Virus record (IMG/VR): IMGVR_UViG_3300006112_000009
Reading direction: 5' to 3' (one strand)
Source of the DNA: an uncultured virus (IMG/VR IMGVR_UViG_3300006112_000009)
Taxonomy: Duplodnaviria; Heunggongvirae; Uroviricota; Caudoviricetes
DNA length: 64,000 nucleotides
This document shows, in pieces, positions 38,649-48,278 of the stretch. The stretch's first letter is position 1. Each line of letters starts with the position of its first letter. The translations under genes were made by a program, and so were the position numbers. Below the pieces are notes generated by a model. That model worked only from the letters and a program-made list of their open reading frames with translations. It was not told the DNA's origin and ran no database searches.

Positions 38649-39265
38649 TTACATTAGAGATATTACAAAAACTTTGTCCAAAGACAAAAGTACAGACGTT
38701 GCAATTATATGCAACACCCATGCATGAAGTAGCTCAATACTACAACATGTATGACAACATGAAACGTGCAGCAGCATTTGCAGCGCAAACAGCACACGAA
38801 TCAGGTGGTTTTAATTTTGTGAAAGAGAACTTAAACTATTCAGCAGATGGCCTGCAAAAAATATTTCACAAATACTTCCCAGATGCAGGAGTAGCACAAG
38901 AATATGCAAAAAAACCTGAAAAGATTGCTAATCGTGTTTATGCTAATCGTATGGGCAATGGCCCTGAAGAATCAGGTGATGGATATCGTTTCTGTGGTCG
39001 TGGGCTTATTCAATTAACAGGTCGTACTAACTATACTAAGTTTGCACAAGACTTGGGTATCAGTGTTGACGACTGTGTAACATACATGGAAACACCTGAG
39101 GGTGCTGTAAGTAGTGCTGGTTGGTTTTGGGATAATAACAATCTAAACCAATACTGCGACAGTGATGATTTTGTTACATTAACAAAACGTATCAATGGTG
39201 GAACTATTGGTATTGAAGATAGACAACAACATTTTGCACTAGCACTACAGTTGTTACAAGGATAA
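38645..39265 (+). CDS. GH19 chitinase-like endolysin
   Basis: AAFAAQTAHESGGF, ENLNYS, ANRVYANRMGNG, GRGLIQLTGR.NY, SAGWFW, TKRINGG. Confidence 0.92.
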   Translation: MITLEILQKLCPKTKVQTLQLYATPMHEVAQYYNMYDNMKRAAAFAAQTAHESGGFNFVKENLNYSADGLQKIFHKYFPDAGVAQEYAKKPEKIANRVYANRMGNGPEESGDGYRFCGRGLIQLTGRTNYTKFAQDLGISVDDCVTYMETPEGAVSSAGWFWDNNNLNQYCDSDDFVTLTKRINGGTIGIEDRQQHFALALQLLQG

Positions 39266-39266
39266 T

Positions 39267-41417
39267 ATGGCATTACCATACTGGAATACTAACGCAGGTT
39301 CGTTAGGTATATACCCTGCGCAAGATTTGTTACACATTCAATTGAATGGTGGCTCAACCATGTCAGTTGTACTAACATATACATTATTAAATGGTAAGCT
39401 GCCAAACGGTGTGTCATTGAATAATGAAACAGGTGTGATTAGTGGATATCCCCAAGCAGTCGATGCACAAACCACTTATACTTTCACTGTTCGTTTAACT
39501 GACAGTTTAAACAACTTGCGTGACAGAACTTTTAGTATTGACGTATTTGACAGAACCGGTGTGAAAATAACAACACCACCTAGTACTATTATTAATACAT
39601 ATGACAGTAAGTATGTTGATTATCAAATTCAATATGTAAATCCTGCATCTGCATCTAATCTTATTTTTAGTTTGACTGCAGGAACATTGCCTCCGGGACT
39701 GATTCTTACTAGCGACGGCAGAATAATGGGATGGCCAAAACCTCCTACTATTAACAACTCAACACCTACAACTACGTTGTACAAATTTGCTGTAGCATTG
39801 ACTAGCGATTCTGGAAGAGATTCAGTTGTATTGTCAATCAATGTTAGAAACTGGCTATTGGGTAATTCAAGTAACACTAGAATTCCTGCAATCTTAAACA
39901 ATACACCGTTAGAAGTAAGTGATGCAAATGTGGATCCTTATACAAGTTATTACATAACAACTAATAGTTTACCTGATGCAGTATCGGATGAAAAGTACAC
40001 ATTCAAAGTCATTGGATATGATTTTGACAGTAATGATATTCAATATATATTTTCAAACATGCCCCCTGGATTGTCTGGTAATTCACAAACAGGATGGGTC
40101 ACTGGCACCCCTACTGTTGCATACGGAACACTAAGTATTTTTTACTTTACAGTAAGTGTAACTAAAAAATCAACTCCTTCTATTAGTAGCTTACCAATAC
40201 GATATTCACTGGTTATCAATAACAATGTTACTAGAGACATTACTTGGACTACACCTAGTAACTTAGGAACATTGAACAATGGTGACATATCTGAATTAAC
40301 AGTAGTAGCATCATCGGTCAACACGTTGCAATATAACATTGTTGATGGTAAACTACCGCCTAACGTTATTTTGTCAAGCAACGGCAGATTGATTGGAAGA
40401 ATACCATTTCAACCCACTTCAACATTATTGCCAGTAGGTACTACTACAACATTTACATTTACTGTCAGTGCATTTAATCCATTAGCACCATTAGATAGTG
40501 TCAACTGCACGTTTACATTAAATGTATATCAGAAGTATGGTCATCCATACGAAACAGTATACTTAAAAGCATATCCTGACATTGCTAGTAAAAAGATTCT
40601 TAACACATTTTTGACAGACGAAACATTGATACCTACAGAATATTTGTATAGACCAGAAGATACAAATTTTGGTAGAGCAACTGATGTTCGTATTGCACAT
40701 CTTTTTGGTATGTACTCATCTGACTATGATACATATGAAAGTGCAATGACTACAAATCATTATACAAAAAGAATTGTATTAGGTTCACCGCAAACTGCGA
40801 TTACTAAAGATGACAATGACAACATTATCTATGAAGTTGTCTATTGCCCAGTTGTTGATGACTTATCAAATCAAAACGGACAATCTGTGCCACAAGAAAT
40901 TACGTGGAAGAAATTGATTCAGTTGTATGATAATAATTGGGTCACATCAAACAGTGATGACAATACGAGTGAAGATTCAGCATATACAAGCAATACTCCT
41001 CATATTATTCAAAATGTATATCCAAACAGTTTAGTGAACATGCGTAAGCAAGTTACAAGCGTATTGTCACAATATACAGATCAATCATTATTACCTGCAT
41101 GGATGACCAGTCAGCAACCAAACGGTGACACGTTGGGTTACATACCAGTTTGGGTATTATGCTACACATTGCCAGGTTATTCATCAGCTATTGCTGCAAA
41201 CATTGCTGCAAACTGGCCACATACATTTAATGAAATTGATTTTCAGATTGACCGGTATTATATTGACAAATCAGGAACATACAATTGGAATACTCGCTTA
41301 AAGACACCAACATGGATTTCTTTGCCTAGCGCATTCCCCCAACCAAAAGTATTTGGAGCATATGATATTTCAGTTCTTTTCCCTCAAGAAACTATCATAC
41401 CAAATCTTACTACATAA
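39267..41417 (+). CDS. baseplate wedge-like protein with putative Ig (He_PIG) repeats
   Basis: repeated G.LP.G..L...G.I.G.P....Y.F.V units. Confidence 0.7.
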   Translation: MALPYWNTNAGSLGIYPAQDLLHIQLNGGSTMSVVLTYTLLNGKLPNGVSLNNETGVISGYPQAVDAQTTYTFTVRLTDSLNNLRDRTFSIDVFDRTGVKITTPPSTIINTYDSKYVDYQIQYVNPASASNLIFSLTAGTLPPGLILTSDGRIMGWPKPPTINNSTPTTTLYKFAVALTSDSGRDSVVLSINVRNWLLGNSSNTRIPAILNNTPLEVSDANVDPYTSYYITTNSLPDAVSDEKYTFKVIGYDFDSNDIQYIFSNMPPGLSGNSQTGWVTGTPTVAYGTLSIFYFTVSVTKKSTPSISSLPIRYSLVINNNVTRDITWTTPSNLGTLNNGDISELTVVASSVNTLQYNIVDGKLPPNVILSSNGRLIGRIPFQPTSTLLPVGTTTTFTFTVSAFNPLAPLDSVNCTFTLNVYQKYGHPYETVYLKAYPDIASKKILNTFLTDETLIPTEYLYRPEDTNFGRATDVRIAHLFGMYSSDYDTYESAMTTNHYTKRIVLGSPQTAITKDDNDNIIYEVVYCPVVDDLSNQNGQSVPQEITWKKLIQLYDNNWVTSNSDDNTSEDSAYTSNTPHIIQNVYPNSLVNMRKQVTSVLSQYTDQSLLPAWMTSQQPNGDTLGYIPVWVLCYTLPGYSSAIAANIAANWPHTFNEIDFQIDRYYIDKSGTYNWNTRLKTPTWISLPSAFPQPKVFGAYDISVLFPQETIIPNLTT

Positions 41418-41437
41418 ATAGTTAACGGAAAAAGATT

Positions 41438-42415
41438 ATGACAAGCAACATTAACACAAACGGAATTAACACTTCATACCCTACCCCAGGAGTTAATAAC
41501 AGTACTCAGGGTTTTAGAGATAACTTCAATGGTATTGTTAACAACCTAAATACAGCCGCAAGTGAAATCACTGACTTGCAAAACAAAGTGATTGTTAAAT
41601 CAGCACTGAACAACGTACCATTGAATAATGATATGGCAAATACTACTATCAGTAATTGTGTTACTCGTAGTTTTAGAGCAAGTATGTATGATTTGGGTAG
41701 TAGTTTATCAGGAAACGTAACTATTGATGTCAGTAAGGGTGATGTTCAATATGGTGTAGTTACCGGTAATGCAACACTTGTTTTTGGAAGTTGGATGCCT
41801 ACAGGTACTCGAGGTGAGGTTCAACTAAAACTCCAATTTGACACAAACTCATTTGATTATGGAAACACAGTAATCACATTACCAAACACAACATTAAATG
41901 GAAGCACAGGAAACATTACTGCAGGCTTCAAAGATACAGTCAACTCATTAGAGAAGGTTGTTCAAGTACAAACAAGTTCTACCAATGTAAATAATTTCTT
42001 ACGTATTCCTACAGGAACAAGAGAAATGAACTTTGCAGTATATAGTGACGATTGTGGTTCAACACTAGATGCACGAAGTATTGCAACTACACTAAGTATT
42101 AACCGCATTGAAGTTGGATTCCCATTCGTCACTGCAAACTCAGTCACTGGTCAACCAGGAGACGTGAAGGGCGATATGCTGACAGATGGAACTAACTTCT
42201 ATGTATGCACAAACACTTACCCTACAAACGCAGCATTGATACAATATTCAGATACATATGCTAATTTGGTTTCAGCTAACGCTATCATCAATACGGGTTA
42301 TTTTGCCAAAGAAACTGACACTGGTCATTTTAAATTAGGTGATGGTAATACCCACTATACCGCACTAACTTACTATAGAATCTGGAAAGGTATCACGCTA
42401 GAGAACTTGACATAA
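41438..42415 (+). CDS. tail/baseplate-associated protein
   Basis: late promoter 41413-41420; N.TQGFRDNF N-terminus; C-terminal ETDTGHFKLGDG motif. Confidence 0.6.
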   Translation: MTSNINTNGINTSYPTPGVNNSTQGFRDNFNGIVNNLNTAASEITDLQNKVIVKSALNNVPLNNDMANTTISNCVTRSFRASMYDLGSSLSGNVTIDVSKGDVQYGVVTGNATLVFGSWMPTGTRGEVQLKLQFDTNSFDYGNTVITLPNTTLNGSTGNITAGFKDTVNSLEKVVQVQTSSTNVNNFLRIPTGTREMNFAVYSDDCGSTLDARSIATTLSINRIEVGFPFVTANSVTGQPGDVKGDMLTDGTNFYVCTNTYPTNAALIQYSDTYANLVSANAIINTGYFAKETDTGHFKLGDGNTHYTALTYYRIWKGITLENLT

Positions 42416-42451
42416 AATTTTGAGTATCTAAAAACTCAATTAAATATCTCA

Positions 42452-42691
42452 ATGCAACATCCTTTCATTGGCGATTTATCCGAACTTTCTCTTGACGAGG
42501 TTCAAGAGAAAATCTCTCAGCTTACCAAAAATTTGTCTTATGTTTATAGAACCGGCAATAGTCATCTTGCCGGTCAAATGCAAATGGCTTTGGAATCATA
42601 TAAAGCAGAAGCAACTAAACGCCTTGATGCAATGTATAAAAAACAAAACATCAAAGACCGTATTAAAATTGAAAAGAGTGATGAAATATGA
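42452..42691 (+). CDS. small hypothetical protein
   Basis: 79 aa helical protein; ATGA overlap with next gene. Confidence 0.6.
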   Translation: MQHPFIGDLSELSLDEVQEKISQLTKNLSYVYRTGNSHLAGQMQMALESYKAEATKRLDAMYKKQNIKDRIKIEKSDEI

Positions 42692-43287
42692 CAGCTAAGA
42701 TTCAACGAAGTTTTGACTTTTTAGCCGGAGTACACTTTGGTTCAGAGTTCTATTCAAATCTATATGAATTTGATGCCTACTTAAATGTAGAAACAGAATC
42801 AATTGAAGAACAAAACATAGCACTAGAACGTATCAAATACTTTTTAGATTATTGCCTACAGCACTGTATCTTTGTACGTGAAACAGATACCAAAACAATT
42901 GATAAGCTAACTGATGCAGATTTGCGTGTTTGCACATTACCAGAAGATCCGTATGACCAAATTATTGGCATCATGTTGATGCAGAAACTTAATGCAATTG
43001 CAGAGGGTAGATTGGTCATCACTGACATATCTATCACTAGTAGATTAAGTGATGGTGTAACTTGTTTCCATACATTAGAAGATAACATAGGACCATTCAA
43101 GGTGGGCGGATGGTGGGATGACAACAGCCCCATACTAACCGATGTGAAATTGAAAAACAAGAAAGTCATTAAGATTACTAAAAAGAACTTTGAATGGACA
43201 GAGTTTGATTTAGAATGGAACGACAAGCCCAAAACAAAAGACAAAAGTGAAGTTGTATTTGTGAACTTTGACAAACTGGACAAATAA
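42688..43287 (+). CDS. hypothetical protein, possibly a degenerate T-fold (QueD-like)
   Basis: 199 aa; F.AG.H, LQH, EDP.DQ spacing loosely like QueD/PTPS. Confidence 0.55.
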   Translation: MTAKIQRSFDFLAGVHFGSEFYSNLYEFDAYLNVETESIEEQNIALERIKYFLDYCLQHCIFVRETDTKTIDKLTDADLRVCTLPEDPYDQIIGIMLMQKLNAIAEGRLVITDISITSRLSDGVTCFHTLEDNIGPFKVGGWWDDNSPILTDVKLKNKKVIKITKKNFEWTEFDLEWNDKPKTKDKSEVVFVNFDKLDK

Positions 43288-43290
43288 CTA

Positions 43291-43319
43291 TTGCTTTCAA
43301 ACTTACATTCATGTACAAT
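43291..43319 (+). promoter_or_regulatory. sigma70-like promoter
   Basis: TTGCTT-17 nt-TACAAT just upstream of ATG 43326. Confidence 0.6.
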
Positions 43320-43325
43320 AACTGA

Positions 43326-43832
43326 ATGAAGAACGATATCTATGGTAGACAAATATTAAGCGAAGAAGACATTTTCTTAGCGTTCCTTCGTGATCCGGAT
43401 TTCAAAATCAATAACGCATTGATTGAAAAGGAAATCAAGTTTGACCCAATACTTGAACTTGAGAATATACCAATACTAAACAAGTACCATAGTTTGGATA
43501 TCACTGTTGAAGAATTTGACAAGATAAACCAAGACAATTGGTATATGCCTGATGAATACAAGAACATGGACATTGCTGCATGGATTCTTGCTCAATGTAA
43601 AGAAGATTATGAACTTCAACGGGTAGGTGAAGAATTACTACTATATCAGGATCGTGAACTTTTCCCATTACTTTGTTACTGTAAGTACCTAGTTGACACG
43701 ATGCGTAAAAATAACATCGTTTGGGGTGTAGGTCGCGGGTCTAGTGTAGCCAGTTACGTATTGTATCTGATAGGCATACACCGAGTAAATAGTATATTCT
43801 ATGACTTAAGCATAGATGAATTTTTAAAATAG
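43326..43832 (+). CDS. DNA polymerase III alpha (DnaE)-like fragment, N-terminal half of a miniature catalytic core
   Basis: RV.EEL, LVD.MR...I.WGVGRGSSVASYVLYLIGIHRVNS..YDL...EFLK matches DnaE GPGRGSAAGSLVAY.LGIT.VDP..Y.LLFERFL. Confidence 0.85.
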   Translation: MKNDIYGRQILSEEDIFLAFLRDPDFKINNALIEKEIKFDPILELENIPILNKYHSLDITVEEFDKINQDNWYMPDEYKNMDIAAWILAQCKEDYELQRVGEELLLYQDRELFPLLCYCKYLVDTMRKNNIVWGVGRGSSVASYVLYLIGIHRVNSIFYDLSIDEFLK

Positions 43833-43840
43833 GAGTTAGT

Positions 43841-44161
43841 ATGGCATACAGATCAGCACAAGGTAAAATGGTAGACATGTCTATTCTTGCAAAAAAGAAT
43901 GAACAAGTTAGAGCAGTGGGTAATATGGGAGTAAATGCCCGAGGTGATGTTGTAGATAGCAATAATAAAGTTATTCAGAACAGAAATGCTAGTGTCGCAG
44001 GAGCATATAATAGAACAGTTAAACAATATAATCCTTCACATACACAACAAGCACAACCACCGTTAGAAGCAGATTTATCCAAAGAAGAACAACAAATGTT
44101 TGAAGAATTGGATCAAGAAGAAACAGTCAAACCAGTAGTTAAGGAAACTAAAAAGAAATGA
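43841..44161 (+). CDS. hypothetical phage protein
   Basis: AGGAG RBS; YRSAQGK.VDM..L...NE...AVGNM.VNARGD motif. Confidence 0.7.
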   Translation: MAYRSAQGKMVDMSILAKKNEQVRAVGNMGVNARGDVVDSNNKVIQNRNASVAGAYNRTVKQYNPSHTQQAQPPLEADLSKEEQQMFEELDQEETVKPVVKETKKK

Positions 44162-44526
44162 CAAAATTAGCCTTTGAACCTCATAAGGTCAATAAAGACG
44201 AACTAAAACCAATTAAAGATTGGATTGTAGTTACCGAAATGAAATTTGATGAACGTAGAACTCGCTCAGGATTAATCTTGCTTAAAGATGATGCCAAGAG
44301 TTCTGGAATCAGACCACGTTGGTGTAAAATTTACAAGTTTGGTCCCGAGTATACGGGTGATTTGCAAGAAGGTCAATACATTTTGGTAAGTCATGGTCGT
44401 TGGACTCGTGGTATCGACATTGAAGACGAAGAGGGTAAAAAGACATTGCGTAGAGTGGATCCTAATGATATACTCATTGTATCGGATGAACCGATGGATG
44501 ATGAAACAATATCAGATAAGGCATAA
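44158..44526 (+). CDS. GroES-like co-chaperonin
   Basis: LKPIKDWIVV, ERRTRSGLIL mobile loop, GP, G..ILV, DIL. Confidence 0.75.
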   Translation: MTKLAFEPHKVNKDELKPIKDWIVVTEMKFDERRTRSGLILLKDDAKSSGIRPRWCKIYKFGPEYTGDLQEGQYILVSHGRWTRGIDIEDEEGKKTLRRVDPNDILIVSDEPMDDETISDKA

Positions 44527-44527
44527 C

Positions 44528-44902
44528 ATGAAATGGTTTTTTAATTGGATGTTTAATGGCTTACACCAAGCACAACAACAAAAACGGGAAGAAGAAGATT
44601 CGGTTGATAGAGAACAACGCAAAGCAGCAAACGGCATAAGTATTGGTCTAGTAAGTCCAAAACCCTCAAGACGTTTTACTACTGCAGGTCAAAAGGTTAA
44701 CCCCGATGACACTAGTGTAAATTTAAATGCAAATCCAATGCATTTTAAAATCTATCCAGCAACAGGTGGACATATTGTGGAATACATGTACTACAATGAA
44801 AAGAAAGATACACACGATCAGGCACTACATCTTATCCCAAGTGATCTTGACTTAGGTACAGAACTTGCTAAAATTATGACTTTGGAAGCATTGAAACGAT
44901 GA
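44528..44902 (+). CDS. hypothetical protein
   Basis: ATG at 44528; ATGA overlap with the clamp loader gene. Confidence 0.6.
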   Translation: MKWFFNWMFNGLHQAQQQKREEEDSVDREQRKAANGISIGLVSPKPSRRFTTAGQKVNPDDTSVNLNANPMHFKIYPATGGHIVEYMYYNEKKDTHDQALHLIPSDLDLGTELAKIMTLEALKR

Positions 44903-45825
44903 AAAACAACATGTGGGTTGAGAAATATCGCCCGAACAGTATTGATGGTTATGTATTTGTTGACCAACGACAGAAAGAACAAGTAGAGAGTTGGATTAAG
45001 CAAGGTGAGATTCCTCACTTGTTATTGAGCGGTGAACCGGGTACTGGTAAAACAACACTTGCTAAAGTTCTTATTAAAGAATTGGGTATTGATGAATATG
45101 ACGTAATGGAAATCAACGCAAGTCGTGAGAATAGTGTTGATACTGTTAGAGATAAAATCAATGGGTTTGTTCAAACAATGCCTTTTGGTAGATTCAAAAT
45201 CGTATTGTTAGACGAGGCTGATTATCTAAGTCCTGCAGGTCAAGCAGCATTGCGTAATGATATGGAAGCATATTCTATGACTGCACGATTCATTCTTACT
45301 TGTAACTATGAACATCGTGTGATCCCTGCATTGCGTGAAAGTCGTTGTCACAAACTACACATCGCAAAGCCAGACAAGACTGAATTTACAGCACGAGCCG
45401 CAACTGTATTAGTAAGCGAAAACGTTGATTTTGATTTAGATGTACTTGATACATACGTTGGTGGTAGTTATCCAGACTTACGTAAGTGTTTAAATCAACT
45501 TCAAGTAAATAGTAGTACAGGTGTGTTATTAGCGCCCACAAATCAAACAAGCAGTGAGGATGAATTGTTAGTTGAAGCAACACAACTATTCAAGAATGGT
45601 AAAGTACTTGATGGTCGTCAACAATTATTGCAATATTTGAGTTTGTACCCAAGTCGTATTGAAGATGTGTACAAGTGGATGTATAATAACTTAGCTTTGT
45701 GGGGTAACACCCAAGAACAGAAAGACGCTAGTATCATTACTATTCGTAATGGATTGGCAAACTTAAGCCTAGTTGGTATCCCAGAAATATCACTAGCAGC
45801 AACACTTATAGAGTTAACAACATGA
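44899..45825 (+). CDS. clamp loader AAA+ subunit (T4 gp44/RFC small subunit-like)
   Basis: WVEKYRP, GEPGTGKTT, EINAS, LDEADYL, FILTCNY, SRC, DLRK. Confidence 0.92.
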   Translation: MKNNMWVEKYRPNSIDGYVFVDQRQKEQVESWIKQGEIPHLLLSGEPGTGKTTLAKVLIKELGIDEYDVMEINASRENSVDTVRDKINGFVQTMPFGRFKIVLLDEADYLSPAGQAALRNDMEAYSMTARFILTCNYEHRVIPALRESRCHKLHIAKPDKTEFTARAATVLVSENVDFDLDVLDTYVGGSYPDLRKCLNQLQVNSSTGVLLAPTNQTSSEDELLVEATQLFKNGKVLDGRQQLLQYLSLYPSRIEDVYKWMYNNLALWGNTQEQKDASIITIRNGLANLSLVGIPEISLAATLIELTT

Positions 45826-46076
45826 GATATTTACTTATAACATATATTAGAAAACCAAATGGTCAAATTGACGAACAAGTAGAAGTTAGTAAAAAGATTC
45901 GTGAACGAGACATTACTACTTGCAATGTCATTATGGACTTCAAAGAAAAAGTAGTTGAAAAGTGCGTGATTGATAGGTTGAGCGTGAATAAAGATTGGGA
46001 TAGATTGTATGGATATTACCAACCCATTTATAGTTCAATTATTGAAAGACTAGAAGCAGAGGCTTCACAAGAATAA
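45822..46076 (+). CDS. hypothetical protein
   Basis: 84 aa, ATGA overlap. Confidence 0.65.
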   Translation: MRYLLITYIRKPNGQIDEQVEVSKKIRERDITTCNVIMDFKEKVVEKCVIDRLSVNKDWDRLYGYYQPIYSSIIERLEAEASQE

Positions 46077-46100
46077 AAAGGGGCATTAAGCCCCTTTTTT
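46075..46100. terminator. bidirectional intrinsic terminator
   Basis: AAAAAGGGGC-ATTAA-GCCCCTTTTTT between convergent genes. Confidence 0.85.
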
Positions 46101-46884
46101 ATTTAGCGTACAACCTCAGTACGTGTTCGATGATTCTGTGTCTCTGCACATCTTTTAATTCAAAGTGGCACTGTTTGAGACCCGGAATCACCCCCTTCCC
46201 CAACCTATTTTGTAAGTCTAGTAGCCCGTTGTCGGCTGATTTTCTGTCGGCTTGTTCAATGTCACCTGTAATTACAATCTTACTGTTGACGCCGATTCTG
46301 GTCATAATCATTTTGAGTTGACCTGGAGTTGCGTTTTGTGCTTCATCTAATATTATCCAGCTATTCTTAAAGTTTCGACCTCGACAAAATGCTAGGGGCG
46401 CTATCTCGACTATCTGTTCTTCTAACATGTGGGCGATTTCTGTAGCTGTGTAATACTCACGTAAAACATCAAGCAATGGTCTAGTCCATGGTTCCATTTT
46501 CTGATTGATATCGCCTGGTAAAAATCCATGCTGTTCATCGTCCACTGTAACTGCTGGCCTAGTTAGAATAATACGGTCAGTTTCACCTGCTTTGAGTGCT
46601 TTGATAGCAGCTAACATCGCTAAGTAAGTTTTACCTGTTCCTGCTGGTCCACCGACGACTACAATATCTGTATCTTCATCAAGTAGTGCTAGGATGTATT
46701 TTTCTTGATTGACGGACTTGGGCACGAGTGTGATAGGACGTCTATCTAACTTAATACGTGCTTGGTCGAAATTGATTGTTTTTGCTTCCTTTGTGTAAAA
46801 TGTTTGTGTGTCCTGTTTTTTGCTGTGTGAGTATCTAGTATCTTGCTCTTGTTGACGCAGTGCGCCAGTTTTTCTCTTGCTCAA
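46099..46884 (-). CDS. phoH: PhoH-like ATPase
   Basis: GPAGTGKT, RPAV, GFLPG, PLAF.RGR, LDEAQN, TRIG, TGD..Q.D. Confidence 0.92.
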   Translation of the reverse strand: MSKRKTGALRQQEQDTRYSHSKKQDTQTFYTKEAKTINFDQARIKLDRRPITLVPKSVNQEKYILALLDEDTDIVVVGGPAGTGKTYLAMLAAIKALKAGETDRIILTRPAVTVDDEQHGFLPGDINQKMEPWTRPLLDVLREYYTATEIAHMLEEQIVEIAPLAFCRGRNFKNSWIILDEAQNATPGQLKMIMTRIGVNSKIVITGDIEQADRKSADNGLLDLQNRLGKGVIPGLKQCHFELKDVQRHRIIEHVLRLYAK

Positions 46885-47054
46885 AATGCATTCTCCTGTT
46901 GAGTGTGAGTTCTCATAAAACTCAATAATATTTAAAGGTATCTTGTTGCGTGATAGTAGTGTACTTTAAAACCAAAATTTTTTGATAAATATTAGGCTAT
47001 CCCCTGTTTTTCTTTAAAGCTCATTATCATTACAAAGATGATAAATACTAAACT

Positions 47055-47699
47055 ATGAGCAATCCTTCAGACGAATTTTTCAAAGACATTGACTATAAGA
47101 ATATCATTGATAACATCAAAGGTATCTATACCAGTGACGGTTCAATGAGCACACTATTAGATTTTGAGCGTGTCTTAGATGACTGTGACTTATATGCATT
47201 CCGTAACTGGGATATTGGTGAATTAGTGTCAGGTCCTAATATCAAACGATACACAGTAAGTTGTGTATTCATGTACCCACATAAACTTATGCCCAACCCA
47301 AGGGGAGCAAAACGCTTGCTAAAAGTGGGTTGTAACATCAAGTTTAAAAAGACTACTATTAAAGTCCCAGTACAAATCAAAAACCCGGGTGACTACAAGC
47401 CCGGAACACACTACCCTAAAATGGTTGAGCGTGAAGTTTGGTTAGTGTATATTGAAATGCCTAAACAGTTAATGAACGATATCCGTGAAGGATCAATTGA
47501 CTTAGCTGGTCAAAATATTGATTTGGAAGACTTAGATTCAGCATACGATGAAGATTTGGATCAAGAGGGTAATCAAGAGGATGATAATAACCAAGCTCAG
47601 GGTCAGATGCCTGATATGGGAATGGGAATAAATCCTCAAGGAACACCCGGAGCTGGAGCTAACGCTATGGGTAACCCAGTAGGTCAAGGAGGTTTTTAA
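47055..47699 (+). CDS. hypothetical protein (late)
   Basis: late promoter 47040-47047; LLDFERVLD..DLYAF.NW motif; acidic/G-rich tail. Confidence 0.7.
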   Translation: MSNPSDEFFKDIDYKNIIDNIKGIYTSDGSMSTLLDFERVLDDCDLYAFRNWDIGELVSGPNIKRYTVSCVFMYPHKLMPNPRGAKRLLKVGCNIKFKKTTIKVPVQIKNPGDYKPGTHYPKMVEREVWLVYIEMPKQLMNDIREGSIDLAGQNIDLEDLDSAYDEDLDQEGNQEDDNNQAQGQMPDMGMGINPQGTPGAGANAMGNPVGQGGF

Positions 47700-48277
47700 T
47701 GAGAAAATTATTGAACGAAGGTCTTGACCACAAAGACATGGTAAATCAAATTCAACCAATGTTAACAATAGATGAATACTCTGCTAAATCAGGTAGTGAT
47801 GCTAATCTAATTACATTGGCATTTACATTGAAAAGTAAACAAGCAGCAGAAGATTTGGTAGATTGGTTCTATCATGGCTATGATTGGATTGTAGATGCAC
47901 AAGTAAGTGACGGAGAAGTTAGTCCAGGTAAATATCTAGTGTTTGTTGAAATTAATCGTAGAACAAACGCACCTGGAAGAATCGTTGAACTAATTGAAGA
48001 TTTAGAAACACTAACTGATTTAGATAGTGAAGAATGGACTATTGAAATTGATGATAAAGAATATGCAGCAGTTGAAGAAGAAATAGGACCTCACATTATT
48101 CAAAGCCCACACTTGTATCGTGAACAGTTTCCTGAAGAAGATTCAGAAGACACCGAAACAGAAAAAGATAGTGAATTAAGTGAAATGCGTATTCAAGCAG
48201 GATTAGAATTACCAAAAAAATACAATGGTAAAAAAGACAGTATATTACAAGATTACTTAGCAAAGGCAGGATTATAA
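47699..48277 (+). CDS. hypothetical protein
   Basis: MRKLLNE-G start; TAATG coupling. Confidence 0.7.
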   Translation: MRKLLNEGLDHKDMVNQIQPMLTIDEYSAKSGSDANLITLAFTLKSKQAAEDLVDWFYHGYDWIVDAQVSDGEVSPGKYLVFVEINRRTNAPGRIVELIEDLETLTDLDSEEWTIEIDDKEYAAVEEEIGPHIIQSPHLYREQFPEEDSEDTETEKDSELSEMRIQAGLELPKKYNGKKDSILQDYLAKAGL

Positions 48278-48278
48278 A

